Shown here piece by piece: positions 26,056-36,850 of a stretch of DNA of 62,791 bases. The position numbers and the translations under genes were made by a program. Under the pieces are notes generated by a model, which saw only the letters and a program-made list of their open reading frames with translations, ran no database searches and was not told where the DNA came from. This DNA comes from Mizuhopecten yessoensis (lineage: Eukaryota): the NCBI RefSeq assembly GCF_002113885.1, contig NW_018407322.1, positions 955,224 through 1,018,014 of the forward strand. The letters are read 5' to 3'. Position 1 is the first letter of the stretch. Each line of letters starts with the position of its first letter.

Positions 26056-29000
26056 GCGTTCTTACCATCATTCAATGGGTTAAAGTGCGATAACCTAACC
26101 CCTATTCTCCTGGTTATAAAGTCCTGATAGTTTGAACGGGCTCTCGAGTAGCGAATCATGTGTGACACACCAGGTCATATAAGTAGCGAGTTATGACAAG
26201 CGAATGAAGTCAAACAATCTGGTCCTTCCACTTGGAATTCTAAATAATGAGATAAAATTAGTTATCGGAATTTCTGTTTTTCATTGACAAAGTATCATCA
26301 ATGTATCGTAAACACGGTCAATTTCACCCTCTGCCTGCTGCGTTCTTTCCAGTAGTTTAATGTTTAACAAAATACTATAATTTCTATTGACAACCCTATA
26401 ACTGTTCGAACATTTTGAAAGCGATTTAGCAATACAGCACACATTCAATATAAATGACCAATATCAGCACTGTAAAGATACGACTTAATTTGTGCATGTA
26501 ACATTCAGTAATTTAAGATGTACCTGTTGAAAAACAAACATAAGCTAAAAGCTACTAAACTCAGTTTACTTAAATTTTAGTTTAAACATATATACTGAAC
26601 TTAATGTATAAGCTCTATAGTTAAATGAAGTTTTAATCAACAGTTGTAGCTAAACATGTAGCATGCACATTCGTTCCTAATAAAAAAAGTCTTGAGAAGG
26701 GTAGTTAAAAGCGACCAGACTCTCCGATACCTTTTGGGTTGATCAACTCTCATGATCAGCGCGTGCTGGCGGCGGCCATTAATTTGATAGTCTCGTTATA
26801 TTATGACAGAAAAATCTGGGTAGCTGAATTTTCGTATGAAAAATCCGATGAACCATGAGATGACCTTCTTAATATCCTTTTCTATTTTTTTTTTTCTCTC
26901 GATGACTTGAATTCCGATGTTTTGATTTTGCTTTGAACGGAAGTCGAAAACAAACAAAATATGTTCATGACAGTCTTTTTTCTCCAAATGAACGGGAAGA
27001 CACGGGCTGGTTTATAAAAGTTTATATTAACTAAAACTGACACAGGTATGCAGTGTCTGCTTTGATCGCTTCAATGTATCATCTAGGTAATATAATACTG
27101 AAGGTAATAGCTCACTATTTAACGTTAAACAGACATTACAAAACATCTGAGGCTGTGAAGACCGTTATCTGTTATATAGAGGAGGTTTAATGAAATTAAT
27201 GTGATTTACTCTGTGTCACCATGGGTATATGCAATCTTCAGGCGAATTGTTTTGTTAAATAGATGTGACATTTTAATTTCCACAAAACTTTATAATAGAC
27301 ATAGCTTTACAATCTCGTGAGATTTTGTATATAGACAAAGCGGATATTCTGGTGAAATCAACTCCCCTATGATTCTTACCCTCAGAACGAAACTCAATTT
27401 CCGTTAACATTTCTTTTTAAAGTCATAATAAAATTTCCTACTGACATATTTGGCGGCGAAATGGATCATAAAATGCAAGCACGTTAGAAATATGACTTGG
27501 ACGTTTTTTTGTCAGTGAGATTGCCTACACTTTACGAAGTCTCAAACTTCCAATTTCTGCTACGATAAAATACGGCTCAAACATAAAAGACGGTCTCTGT
27601 TCACACAACACAATGCAAAGCCTTTGATGAAACCAATGCTGTTACGCTCCGAGTCTGACTTCGTAACAAACGTCCCAATAAAACTCGTCTCGTAAAATTT
27701 TGAAGAGACTGAAACCTAGGGTGAACGTAACTTGTAGAGAAATCGTAATTGCTTTATATCGTGGGCTACGGTTATAAAACCTGTAAACTTTCCTTTATGT
27801 AAACCTGCATATGCTGTGGGTCTGATGCAAAGGCGCCATCAGTGGGAACGGAAGACAAAGTAGGATTCGACAGGTTCACTCCACGGCGTGTCTCTGCTAC
27901 GATCGTACATCTTCGTTCCCGGGTCCATTGTACTTTACAACGACATTTCAGTTGGCCTGGGAACGATACCAATAATAAATAATGTCCATACTCGCTCCCG
28001 TTTTATTATTTCTGTTTCCAAAATACAAACAATAAATCAACTCCAAATTCGCTTCTTCTTGTGTTTGCGTTTCCAAGATAAAACAATAAATTCGCTCCCT
28101 CTTGATTTTGTCAGCAGTAAACCTCGAGCCCTTATTTGTTCGTTACGTATATGATATATTGATTATTTACTGATTATAAACTAATGTCATAGGTACATCA
28201 TTTACATCAAACTTAAATCGGTAGTAGGACTTAATATAATTGTTTCTTAAATCGATATATATGGGGCACGTGAAAATGCTATGATAGTCGTCCTCGTTTA
28301 ACTCCAAGATATAATTAAAAAATATATAACTGTATCCTTTAAATGTCAGTGGCTATATGAAAGCCCAGCAGTTCGTTGCCATAATCCGACACACTCCACG
28401 TGTCTCAAAGACATTCAATAATGTGGAAAAATTAAAAATATAAAGTCTTTTTTTAAGGGCGAATTATGCTTTTTTACAAGGTAATGCTAACTGTGTAAGT
28501 TGTAGTTCCCATCACAGATATCAAAAACTAGAGTATTGCCTCGCGCCGTAATTCCCTTTATTCTATTAATTTGACAAGAGATTACCGATCGGTTTGATTC
28601 CTGTGCAAGTTTTGTAGGGCACGGATACATTTAAATCATAAAAAATGTTGGGTACCAGTTCACACAAGGAAACATTGTAGACTAAAGGGTTAAATGGAGA
28701 CACAAGGTAGGGTTGTGGGCGCCGCGGTAAAATTCGGGGTATTAGAGTAATATTAGGGACGTCGGGGTAAACGTTTGGACCAATAGCGTAAGCTAGGATA
28801 TCACTGTTAGTATTGTGGGATACGGTTATGACTAATAACTAAAACAAAAAATCTATTTGAATGGTTCAAAGCAACTCGATTATGAAATAACTGTTTGATA
28901 CATAAAATAGTGACGATGTCTGCTGACGTATAATTATATCACCTATAACTACGTGGGAATGAATCACGCAGAATCTGTCCTGTCCCCGCAAGACGTCATC

Positions 29001-29439
29001 GGTTTCGTCGAGGAGGCCTCAAGGCCGGCGTCGACCACCTGCCTAGTCGGCCTCCATCCCTAACTCTACAGTGGAGGGAATGTAATGTTTCTCATACCTG
29101 CTGGCGTCCATAGGCAACTCATTAGTATTTCTAATTCAAGACAGTGCCGCTAAATTTAACAACCCATTGATGATATATGTTAATAATGTGTGTGAATTTG
29201 AAAGAAAGTTAGCAAGAATGGTTGACATTTTATACAGTCAGTGAATTTAAGTGAAAACATTTAAAAAATGTATCGGCTGCAAAATTAACAGATTGCTCTA
29301 CCTTTACCACAACTTGAGTCAGGCACAGAGCAAAGCGGCCTTCTGTTAACACTGTCAGTGGTCGACATGATCCAGGTCTGCTGCAAGCCACGTTCGTCTT
29401 AAATGTCGGAGGTAAATAAAGTTTGTGACGTATTTATCG

Positions 29440-29780
29440 TTAACATTGGCCTTTAGTTTGCTGCCTGGCATGTTTACCATCAATCTTGGACTTAAAACTT
29501 GCTGCCCTTTGAGTTTTCAACATTGGCCTTATAATTTGATGTATAGCACGCTCCGCATCCACATTGGCCTTATCATTTGATGTATAGCATACTCCGCATC
29601 AACATTGGCCTTATGGCTGCATGCCGTGTTCATCATCAGTTTTGACGTTGGCCTTATAGCTTGCTGTGTGGTATGTTCCACTGTTCTGCATGAACGTTGG
29701 CCTTTTACACGAAGCTTTTTTCATGGTCCATCATCAACATTCGTCTTAAAGCTTGATGCCTCTCATGTTCATCATCAACA
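29440..29780. repeat. Degenerate ~41-bp repeat
   Basis: Recurring aacattggccttata.tttgatg motif. Confidence 0.6.
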
Positions 29781-30147
29781 CCGACAGCTCCGTAGGGATT
29801 AGTTACCAAGCTTGATTTAAATTCGTATGAAAATGCAAGCAAATTACTGTTTCTCTTGTTGTAATTATGTTGTGTCTCAAAAGGGACTTGTTGAATAATT
29901 TGACAACTTCCCGAACAAATTCAGAGTAGGAAATGACACGCTTGTCTCTGGGACGATTGGCGTATTGCGGAGAGAATACATATTGACTGCACTAATTATC
30001 TGTGCTTCCACGAAATCGTTAATAAATGTTGAACAATATTTTTTTTTTATATTCTGCTTCATATTTCATAGAAGATGATATAATAACAATACAAATGTCA
30101 CCCTAGTAAAATACTAGTCACTTCCTAACGACTCGGCTAGGGAGAAG

Positions 30148-30220
30148 TTCTCTTTGGCTCATTCGGTAGAGCGTAAGACTAGTAAACCAGAGGTCCCGGG
30201 TTTAACTCCTAGCGGAGGCA
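30148..30220 (+). pseudogene. tRNA-Thr-derived Pol III cassette in the 5' LTR (not a functional tRNA)
   Basis: A box TGGCTCATTCGG, anticodon loop CT-AGT-AA followed by ACCAG, B box GGTTTAACTCC, 3' end GGAGGCA. Acceptor and anticodon stems are imperfect. Confidence 0.75.
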
Positions 30221-30421
30221 TTGAAAAGAAAAATGACCTACAAGTATGTAACATTGCTGCTCACGTAGGACCCCAGGTAATATTGACAATGATACTCAGC
30301 AAAACTTTTACAAGAAGCGCTTTGACCCATGGAAACCTCGGGACGAGTTCTCTCCTGGAGGGGGAGTATATCACCATTGTAAAATGCTAGCAGCACCTTA
30401 CCGACTCGGCTAGAAGGATTT

Positions 30422-30494
30422 TTTTCTTTGGCTCATTCGGTAGAGCGTACAAGAAGTAAACCAGAGGTCCCGGGTTCAACTCCTAGCGGAGGCA
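30422..30494 (+). pseudogene. tRNA-Thr-derived Pol III cassette in the 3' LTR
   Basis: TGGCTCATTCGGTAGAGCG...AGTAAACCAGAGGTCCCGGGTTCAACTCCTAGCGGAGGCA; B box GGTTCAACTCC at 30473-30483. Confidence 0.75.
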
Positions 30495-30639
30495 TTGAAA
30501 AAAATAATGACCCCTGTTACACAAAATACCCACCAGTGTGCGGTGATCCATCATTTGATAAGACAACAGTAAAAAAACAAAATGACACTAAGTGGCAAAT
30601 TAACTGTTTTGGATAGAGACCGAGCAGCATTTTGATTAA

Positions 30640-31678
30640 GTGACATAGCTATTGACGGTATAGTGGCTGAATGACACAGTGAATATCGAAGTAATCAAGT
30701 GACGTATTCAAATGACAACGTAGTATTAAAATGACATAATGACTAAATGACGTAGTAACTGAATGATGAAGTGATAAAATGACGCAGTGACTGATTGATG
30801 TAAAGATTAAATGACGCAGTGACTGATTGATGTAAAGATTAAATGACGCAGTGACTGATTGATGTAAGGATTAAATGACACAGTGACTGATTGATGTTAG
30901 GATCAAATGACGTAGTGACTGATTGATGTAAAGGTTAAATGACGTAGTGACTGATTGATGTAAGGATTAAATGACACAGTGACTGACTGATGTTAGGATC
31001 AAATGACGTAGTGACTGATTGATGTAAAGATTAAATGACGTAGTGACTGATTGATGTAAGGAACAAATGACGTAGTGACTGATTGATGTAAGGATCAAAT
31101 GACGTAGTGACTGAATGATGTAAGGATCAAATGACGCAGTGACTGATTGATGTAAGTCTCAAATGACGTAGTGACTGATTGATGTAAGGATCAAATGACG
31201 TAGTGACTGATTGATGTAAGGATCAAATGACGCAGTGACTGATTGATGTAAGGATCAAATGACGAAGTGACTGATTGATGTAATGATTAAATGACGCAGT
31301 GACTGATTGATGTAGGGATTAAAAGACGTAGTGACTGAATGATGTAAGGATCAAATGACGTAGTGACTGAAAGGCGTAGTGATTGAATGATGTAGTGATA
31401 AAGTGACGCAGTGACTGAATGATGTAAAGATTAAATGAAGTAGTGACTGAAAGGCGTAGTGATTAAATGATGTGGCGATAAAGTGACATAGCGACTGATT
31501 GATGTAAAGATTAAATGACGTAGTGACTGAATGATGTAAGGATCAAATGACGTAGTGACTGATTGATGTACGGATTAAATGACATTAAATGACGTAGTGA
31601 CTGAAAGACGTATTGATTAAATAAAGAAGTGAATGTATTAATTAAATGATGAAGTGACTGGACAGTGTAGTGATGACG
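30640..31678. repeat. 32-bp minisatellite (dimer of 16-bp subunits) with degenerate 16-bp flanks
   Basis: Unit tgacgtagtgactgat + tgatgtaaggatcaaa; period 32 (30781 to 30813). Confidence 0.92.
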
Positions 31679-32869
31679 TTTTTTTTTTGCTAATTGGCGT
31701 CTTGCCTGACGTAATGATGATCTGTTACGGATGGACTGGTTTAGAGATTGTAACGGCAACCTCTACGTAACTAAAACTCTTTTTCTGTTTGATAAGACGA
31801 AGAGGGTCGTGCATCTCCAGACCGTGGACAAGTGGATTACAAGAACCTGTCTGAATCCTTAATTTATGTGGCTAACCTGTCATATAATATTCTCGGAGAC
31901 AATTGAGATATTAGCTCCATTAGATAGTCCCTATGTTTACGTCGATCCTCTTCTTCTCGCCTCCTGTTTGTGACGATACTGTAATTGGTCATTGGCATCA
32001 CCGTTTAACACGAGAACAAAGGAGTGCTCAGTCCGCGAGCAATAGTCTGGACCAATATTTGACGGAAATTATGTTGAATATGAGCCTGGGAAACCAATTG
32101 CACATTATAGACCGGACAAACAGATCAACTTTGTTCTGTTGTGTCGATAAAAGCATCATCTGGTCGAGTCAGTACGGTATTGTATTCCATACCTAGATAT
32201 TATGTTACAGTTAACAATGGGGTCAGCTTCAGTTTGATAGGTAAACGGAAGGTAGAGAGTTATAATTTGAATTGAAATGGGCAGAAATGAACACATCACA
32301 GTCACATCTACCCATAATGACATCCGTAACCAGCGTTTAAGTGTGTTTGATCTGATTGGTTTGATCTTCAGTGGTTTGTTTACGTGTTTACCCTTCAAAC
32401 AGTTATGCAAAGCTGCTGTTTTATAAAGCCGTATAAATATATGGGCCTACGAAAACGCAGAGGGAAGTGAACATATCTTATACTTAATGTCTTTATACGT
32501 CATACCCCATAGCGTATTTTACAAACTTCATTAATCTAGCTTTCGCTGGTATCTCTAGGGAGACATCTTAAAGAAAGGGTATATACACATTCATTCAGAA
32601 GGCTTTCAGCACATTGTGATTACATTTCCAACAGACACAGCCAACGGTAGCTGTGCTATGCGTCGACATAGAAGCTAATGTGTCAAGACAATTGCATCAC
32701 ACATCATGCATTTTATGGAAGGAGCTGCTTAGAAATGTAGTTGACTGAGAACTTAAAAAATAAATTTATTTTTCAAGAAATTTCAAAAGACGTGCTTTCT
32801 CCTAAATAGGTGTTCATGTGGCGCCTTTTACCACAACGGTCGGGTTTCGAATACCTGATTGGACGAGAA

Positions 32870-33280
32870 ATGTATGGGATCACCTGTCCAACCCATCGGA
32901 CACTTCTGTCGGGGATCCCCGACCTACCGGATCTGACGTTTGTCAGGAACCATTGCCGGTCTGAACATTTAAGTTAGGAATCACTGACCGAGGAGAAATT
33001 CATGCGAGGAACGCAACCCCGACCTGTCGGATCTGACATTTCTGTCAGAAACCCTCGACGTACCGGAAAGGACATTTGGCAGGAACAATGACCGATCTTA
33101 CATTTTAGTTTGGAATCCCCACCCGAAGATAATGTTTTGTCATGAACCCTTAACCTGTCGGATCTGACATTTCTGTCCGAAACCCGACCTGTCTGACATT
33201 TCGTTCTGAAACCCCGACCAATCAGATATCTCTGTTAGAAACTATAGTTAGATCTGACATTTCCTTCGGGGACCCCCGAT
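32870..33280. repeat. Degenerate tandem repeat
   Basis: Recurring cgacctgtcggatctgacatttctgtc.gaaacc motif. Confidence 0.6.
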
Positions 33281-33571
33281 GGAAGAAAGATTCACATATT
33301 TACATTACACCCCACACACCCGACCGCCATATTTCAGGTTACCAACACCCTCCAGCGCAACGTCTTATCCAGTAGGTTCTGATTGCAGTCATAGTAATGT
33401 AACACTTTTGTAGCCGTTGAATTGACTGACGTATTGACCGCAGTCAGCAAAGGTTTATTCTATGTTTTAATTTACAAAATTATTGTTACTTTCATACACT
33501 TTGTCTTACCTTTTGTAATTGAGAACGGCCATCAGTGATGTGATACGTTCGTTTTAAGCTGGCTAGATATA

Positions 33572-35055
33572 TACTGAACAAAAAAAGAAACGCACAATGA
33601 AATTATGCAATCAATAGCCTATGATATCTTTGGAAATTTGTACAAAATTTTATATCAATATGAAAGGACAAGTCTACTCTTTACAATACTGTAGAAGAAA
33701 AGTCTGTGTGACGTCACTCGTGTCATCAGTAGTTACTCAAAGTGGGATACCCGCGAAAAACAAAATGACACTTCAGTACCTGGTGTGGGCACCTTTTGCA
33801 CGAATCCCTGCACGGATTCTCCTATGCATTGAATTCATGACAACATTTATTCGCTTTAAGGGAATGTTGTTCGATTCTTGTGTTAATGCTGCGATTAATT
33901 GGGCGCGGTTAGACAGTTTTTTTGACGTTTCCTAATACGCCTGTCCAGCTCATCCCACAGATGCTCAATGGTAGACATGTCTGGGCTATATGGGGGCCAT
34001 TTCAGAGGCTGAACGTTGTTTGCCGTGAGAAAATCACGACAGACTCTGGCAACATGCAGTCGAGCATTGTCTTGCTGGAAAATTAGGTTATGACGTCTGA
34101 GAAGTGGAAGGACATGTGGTTGGAGGATCTGGTCTCTGTATCAAACGGCATTGATGTTTTGATCCAGGACCACTAAGGGAAATTTTACTACATGGGAGAT
34201 GCCTCCCCAAACCATTACAGAGGCCCCACCGAATCTATCGCGTTCAACCACGCATGCGTCGGCAAAACGCTCACCGCGTCTGCGCTATACCCTTTTTCTT
34301 CTGTCTGGGCGATACAGACAGAGTCTACACTCGTCGGTGAACATCACACGCCTCCATCGACGCACCCCAAACCTATTCGGGCCATGTCTGCGCATCCAGT
34401 CAAGACGCACTTGCCGCCTCCGTGGTGTCAGAGGTGGACCGACATAAGGTCGGCGCGCAATGATTCTCTCGGCACGCAAGTGGTTCCTGGCAGTTTGAGG
34501 ACTAATGGGTCTGCCATGAGTACCTAAGGTATGCGACGCACTCTCTCCAAAGCAGTCTTGAATCTGTTGCGCAAGTGCGACAATCGAATCGCCCTGTCTT
34601 GTCGTGCGGTCGTTACACGCGGACGACCGCTCCTGGGACGCTCGGAAACTAACCCAGTAGCACGGAAACGTGTACAGAGACGGTTAATTGTACACGGGCC
34701 AACACCAAACTGCCGTGCGACAGTAGTGTGGCTATGACCATCCATCAACATCGCAATTGCTCTACCCCTCTGAATTTGCGTTAAGCGTGGCATCTCAGTC
34801 AATGGCGAAATCAAAATGCCAACGTGGAAAATTAATGTGGCTGATCTTAGAGTATCCGTTGAGATTATTTGTTTGAAAAACGTGATTTGGACTAAAGAAG
34901 CTCACAAAGTTAAACAATGACTGGCTGATTTTAGGGTAGTTTGTTGAGAAGGGTGATCGTTCTTGATGTAATACCTGACCAAATATTCCATTATTTCCTT
35001 ACAGCTAAGGTGTACTGCAGGGGGGAACTTTGTGCGTTTCTTTTTTTGTTCAGTA
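33572..35055 (-). mobile_element. Full-length Tc1/mariner DNA transposon (DD34E), inactivated
   Basis: Perfect 26-bp TIRs tactgaacaaaaaaagaaacgcacaa (33572-33597) and ttgtgcgtttctttttttgttcagta (35030-35055). TA on both sides (33570-33571, 35056-35057). Contains a transposase relic. Confidence 0.95.
33773..34793 (-). pseudogene. Tc1 transposase with an in-frame stop and frameshifts
   Basis: MPRLTQIQR...HTH...RPRSGRPRVTT, WRRVMFTDE (D1), FQQDNAR (D2), then 34 residues to WPPYSPDMSTIE-HLW (E). Ends GAHTRY*. Premature TAG at 34524-34526. Confidence 0.92.
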
Positions 35056-35467
35056 TAATACTAATCTTGTTTATGCGGGCTGCATGTGGTGATGCTCTCT
35101 GTAAAGTACTCCTCGGCTGGTATTATGACCTTTCCGTGAAATCATTGTAACGCTAGAACCGTCTGTCACTTTGGCTGGTAAAGGGTAAGTGATCTTGTAA
35201 ATATAGAAACGTCGATAAAGGACAGTAGTATAGAATATAGGTGTGTATCCAATACAACAGATTATAATAGGCAGCCGTATCTAAAAGTGTTGAACACGTC
35301 TCTATCCAATGACCTGCATGACATTTTACACACGGCAAACAAATTAATGTACATATCATGACGTCCTGACCAACAGCTCAAATCAATCTCAATATTGACC
35401 ACCATGTTAATTTAGAGTTTACCTGGTTTAGCAATGGGGCTTTATGTGCTTATTTTTGTCCTTAAAT

Positions 35468-36472
35468 CACAGCACTTGTTGAGGCAATTCTATTTCACAA
35501 TTCATGCGGATGACCTCAGCACTTGTTCACACAATTCTATTTCACAGTTCATGCGGATGACCTCAGCACTTGTTCACACAATTCTATGTTACAGTTCGTG
35601 CGGATGACATCAGCATAAAGTGTCTTGTTCACACAATTCTATGTTACAGTTCGTACTTAGTGTCTTGTTCATATAATTCTAAGTTACAGTTCGTGCGGAT
35701 GACATCAGCATCTATTCACACAATTCTATGTTACAGTTCGTGCGGATGACATCAGCATCTATTCACACAATTCTATGTTACAGTTCGTGCGGATGACATC
35801 AGCATCTTCTCACACTATTCTATGATACAGTTCGTGCGGATGACCTCGGAACTAAGTGTCTTGTTCACCAAATTCTGAGTTACAGTTCGTGCGAATGACA
35901 TCAGCATAAAGTGTCTTGTTCACACAATTCTATGTTACAGTTCGTGCGGATGACATCAGCATAAAGTGTCTTGTTTACACAACTCTATGTTACAGTTCGT
36001 TCGGATGACATCAGCATAAAGTGTCTTGTTCACACAATTCTCTGTTACAGTTCGTGCGGATGACATCAGCATGAAGTGTCTTGTTCACACATTTCTATGT
36101 TACAGTTCGTTCGGATAACCTCAGCACTAAGTGCCTTGTTTACACAATTCTAAGTTACAGTTCGTTCGGATAACCTCAGCACTAAGTGCCTTGTTTACAC
36201 AATTCTAAGTTACAGTTCGTTCGGATAACCTCAGCACTAAGTGCCTTGTTTACACAATTCTAAGTTACAGTTCGTTCGGATAACCTCAGCACTAAGTGCC
36301 TTGTTTACACAATTCTAAGTTACAGTTCGTTCGGATAACCTCAGCACTAAGTGCCTTGTTTACACAATTCTAAGTTACAGTTCGTTCGGATAACCTCAGC
36401 ACTAAGTGCCTTGTTTACACAATTCTAAGTTACAGTTCGTTCGGATAACCTCAGCACTAAGTGCCTTGTTCA
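35468..36472. repeat. 55-bp / 45-bp minisatellite
   Basis: Unit ttacagttcgttcggataacctcagcactaagtgccttgtttacacaattctaag. The right end is homogeneous; shorter variants on the left lack about 10 bp. Confidence 0.92.
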
Positions 36473-36715
36473 CAATGTTCTAAGTGTGCGTTGTTATATT
36501 ACACACCTTGATAAGAGTATTTGTCTGCCGTTTTTACCTCATTTAAAAGTTAATATGTATTTTAGCCATCAAGAATTGAGACGAGACAGAAATATGTTTG
36601 AATGACGGATTTTAAAATTGTAATGCATACCATGTGACTACCAGTCACATTTTTTCTGATGAAACCCATTTCCGGTTTAAATCGTTTTACCCTGGCTACA
36701 ATGGTGCCTTATTAT

Positions 36716-36850
36716 GTCAGAGATGTAAGGTCTACCTAACTTAAGTCGGTTTGAGATATTAGGTCTACCTAACTTAATTCGGTTGGAGATGTCAGGTCTA
36801 CCTAACTTAAGTCGGCCGGAGACGACATGTCTACCTTGCTAAAATCGGCC
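36716..36850. repeat. ~33-bp tandem repeat, about 4 copies
   Basis: ggtctacctaacttaagtcgg.tggaga repeated. Confidence 0.75.

Larger units (their letters stand above)
30096..30521 (+). mobile_element. TRIM (miniature non-autonomous LTR retrotransposon) with tRNA-derived LTRs, Helenus-like
   Basis: 5' LTR 30096-30253 (TGTCACC...TGTAACA) and 3' LTR 30369-30521 (TATCACC...TGTTACA). PBS-like ttgctgctcacgtagga at 30254. PPT ggagggggag at 30357-30366. 4-bp TSD CAAA at 30092-30095 and 30522-30525. A tRNA-like sequence lies in both LTRs. Confidence 0.85.

Noticed and set aside
27085-27115. taatactgaaggtaa as a miR-8/miR-200-like microRNA
   Set aside because: Only the seed region resembles it, and there is no complementary arm for a precursor hairpin.
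26750-28150. Cluster of TAAT / TTTACG / TCGTAAA homeodomain-like sites suggesting developmental enhancers or a Hox-cluster interval
   Set aside because: Such short motifs are expected by chance in AT-rich DNA, and I saw no homeobox or Hox-linked microRNA. Cross-species conservation data would be needed.
30148-30494. Two functional tRNA-Thr genes
   Set aside because: Acceptor and anticodon stems do not pair properly, and both copies lie within LTR-like direct repeats bounded by a TSD.
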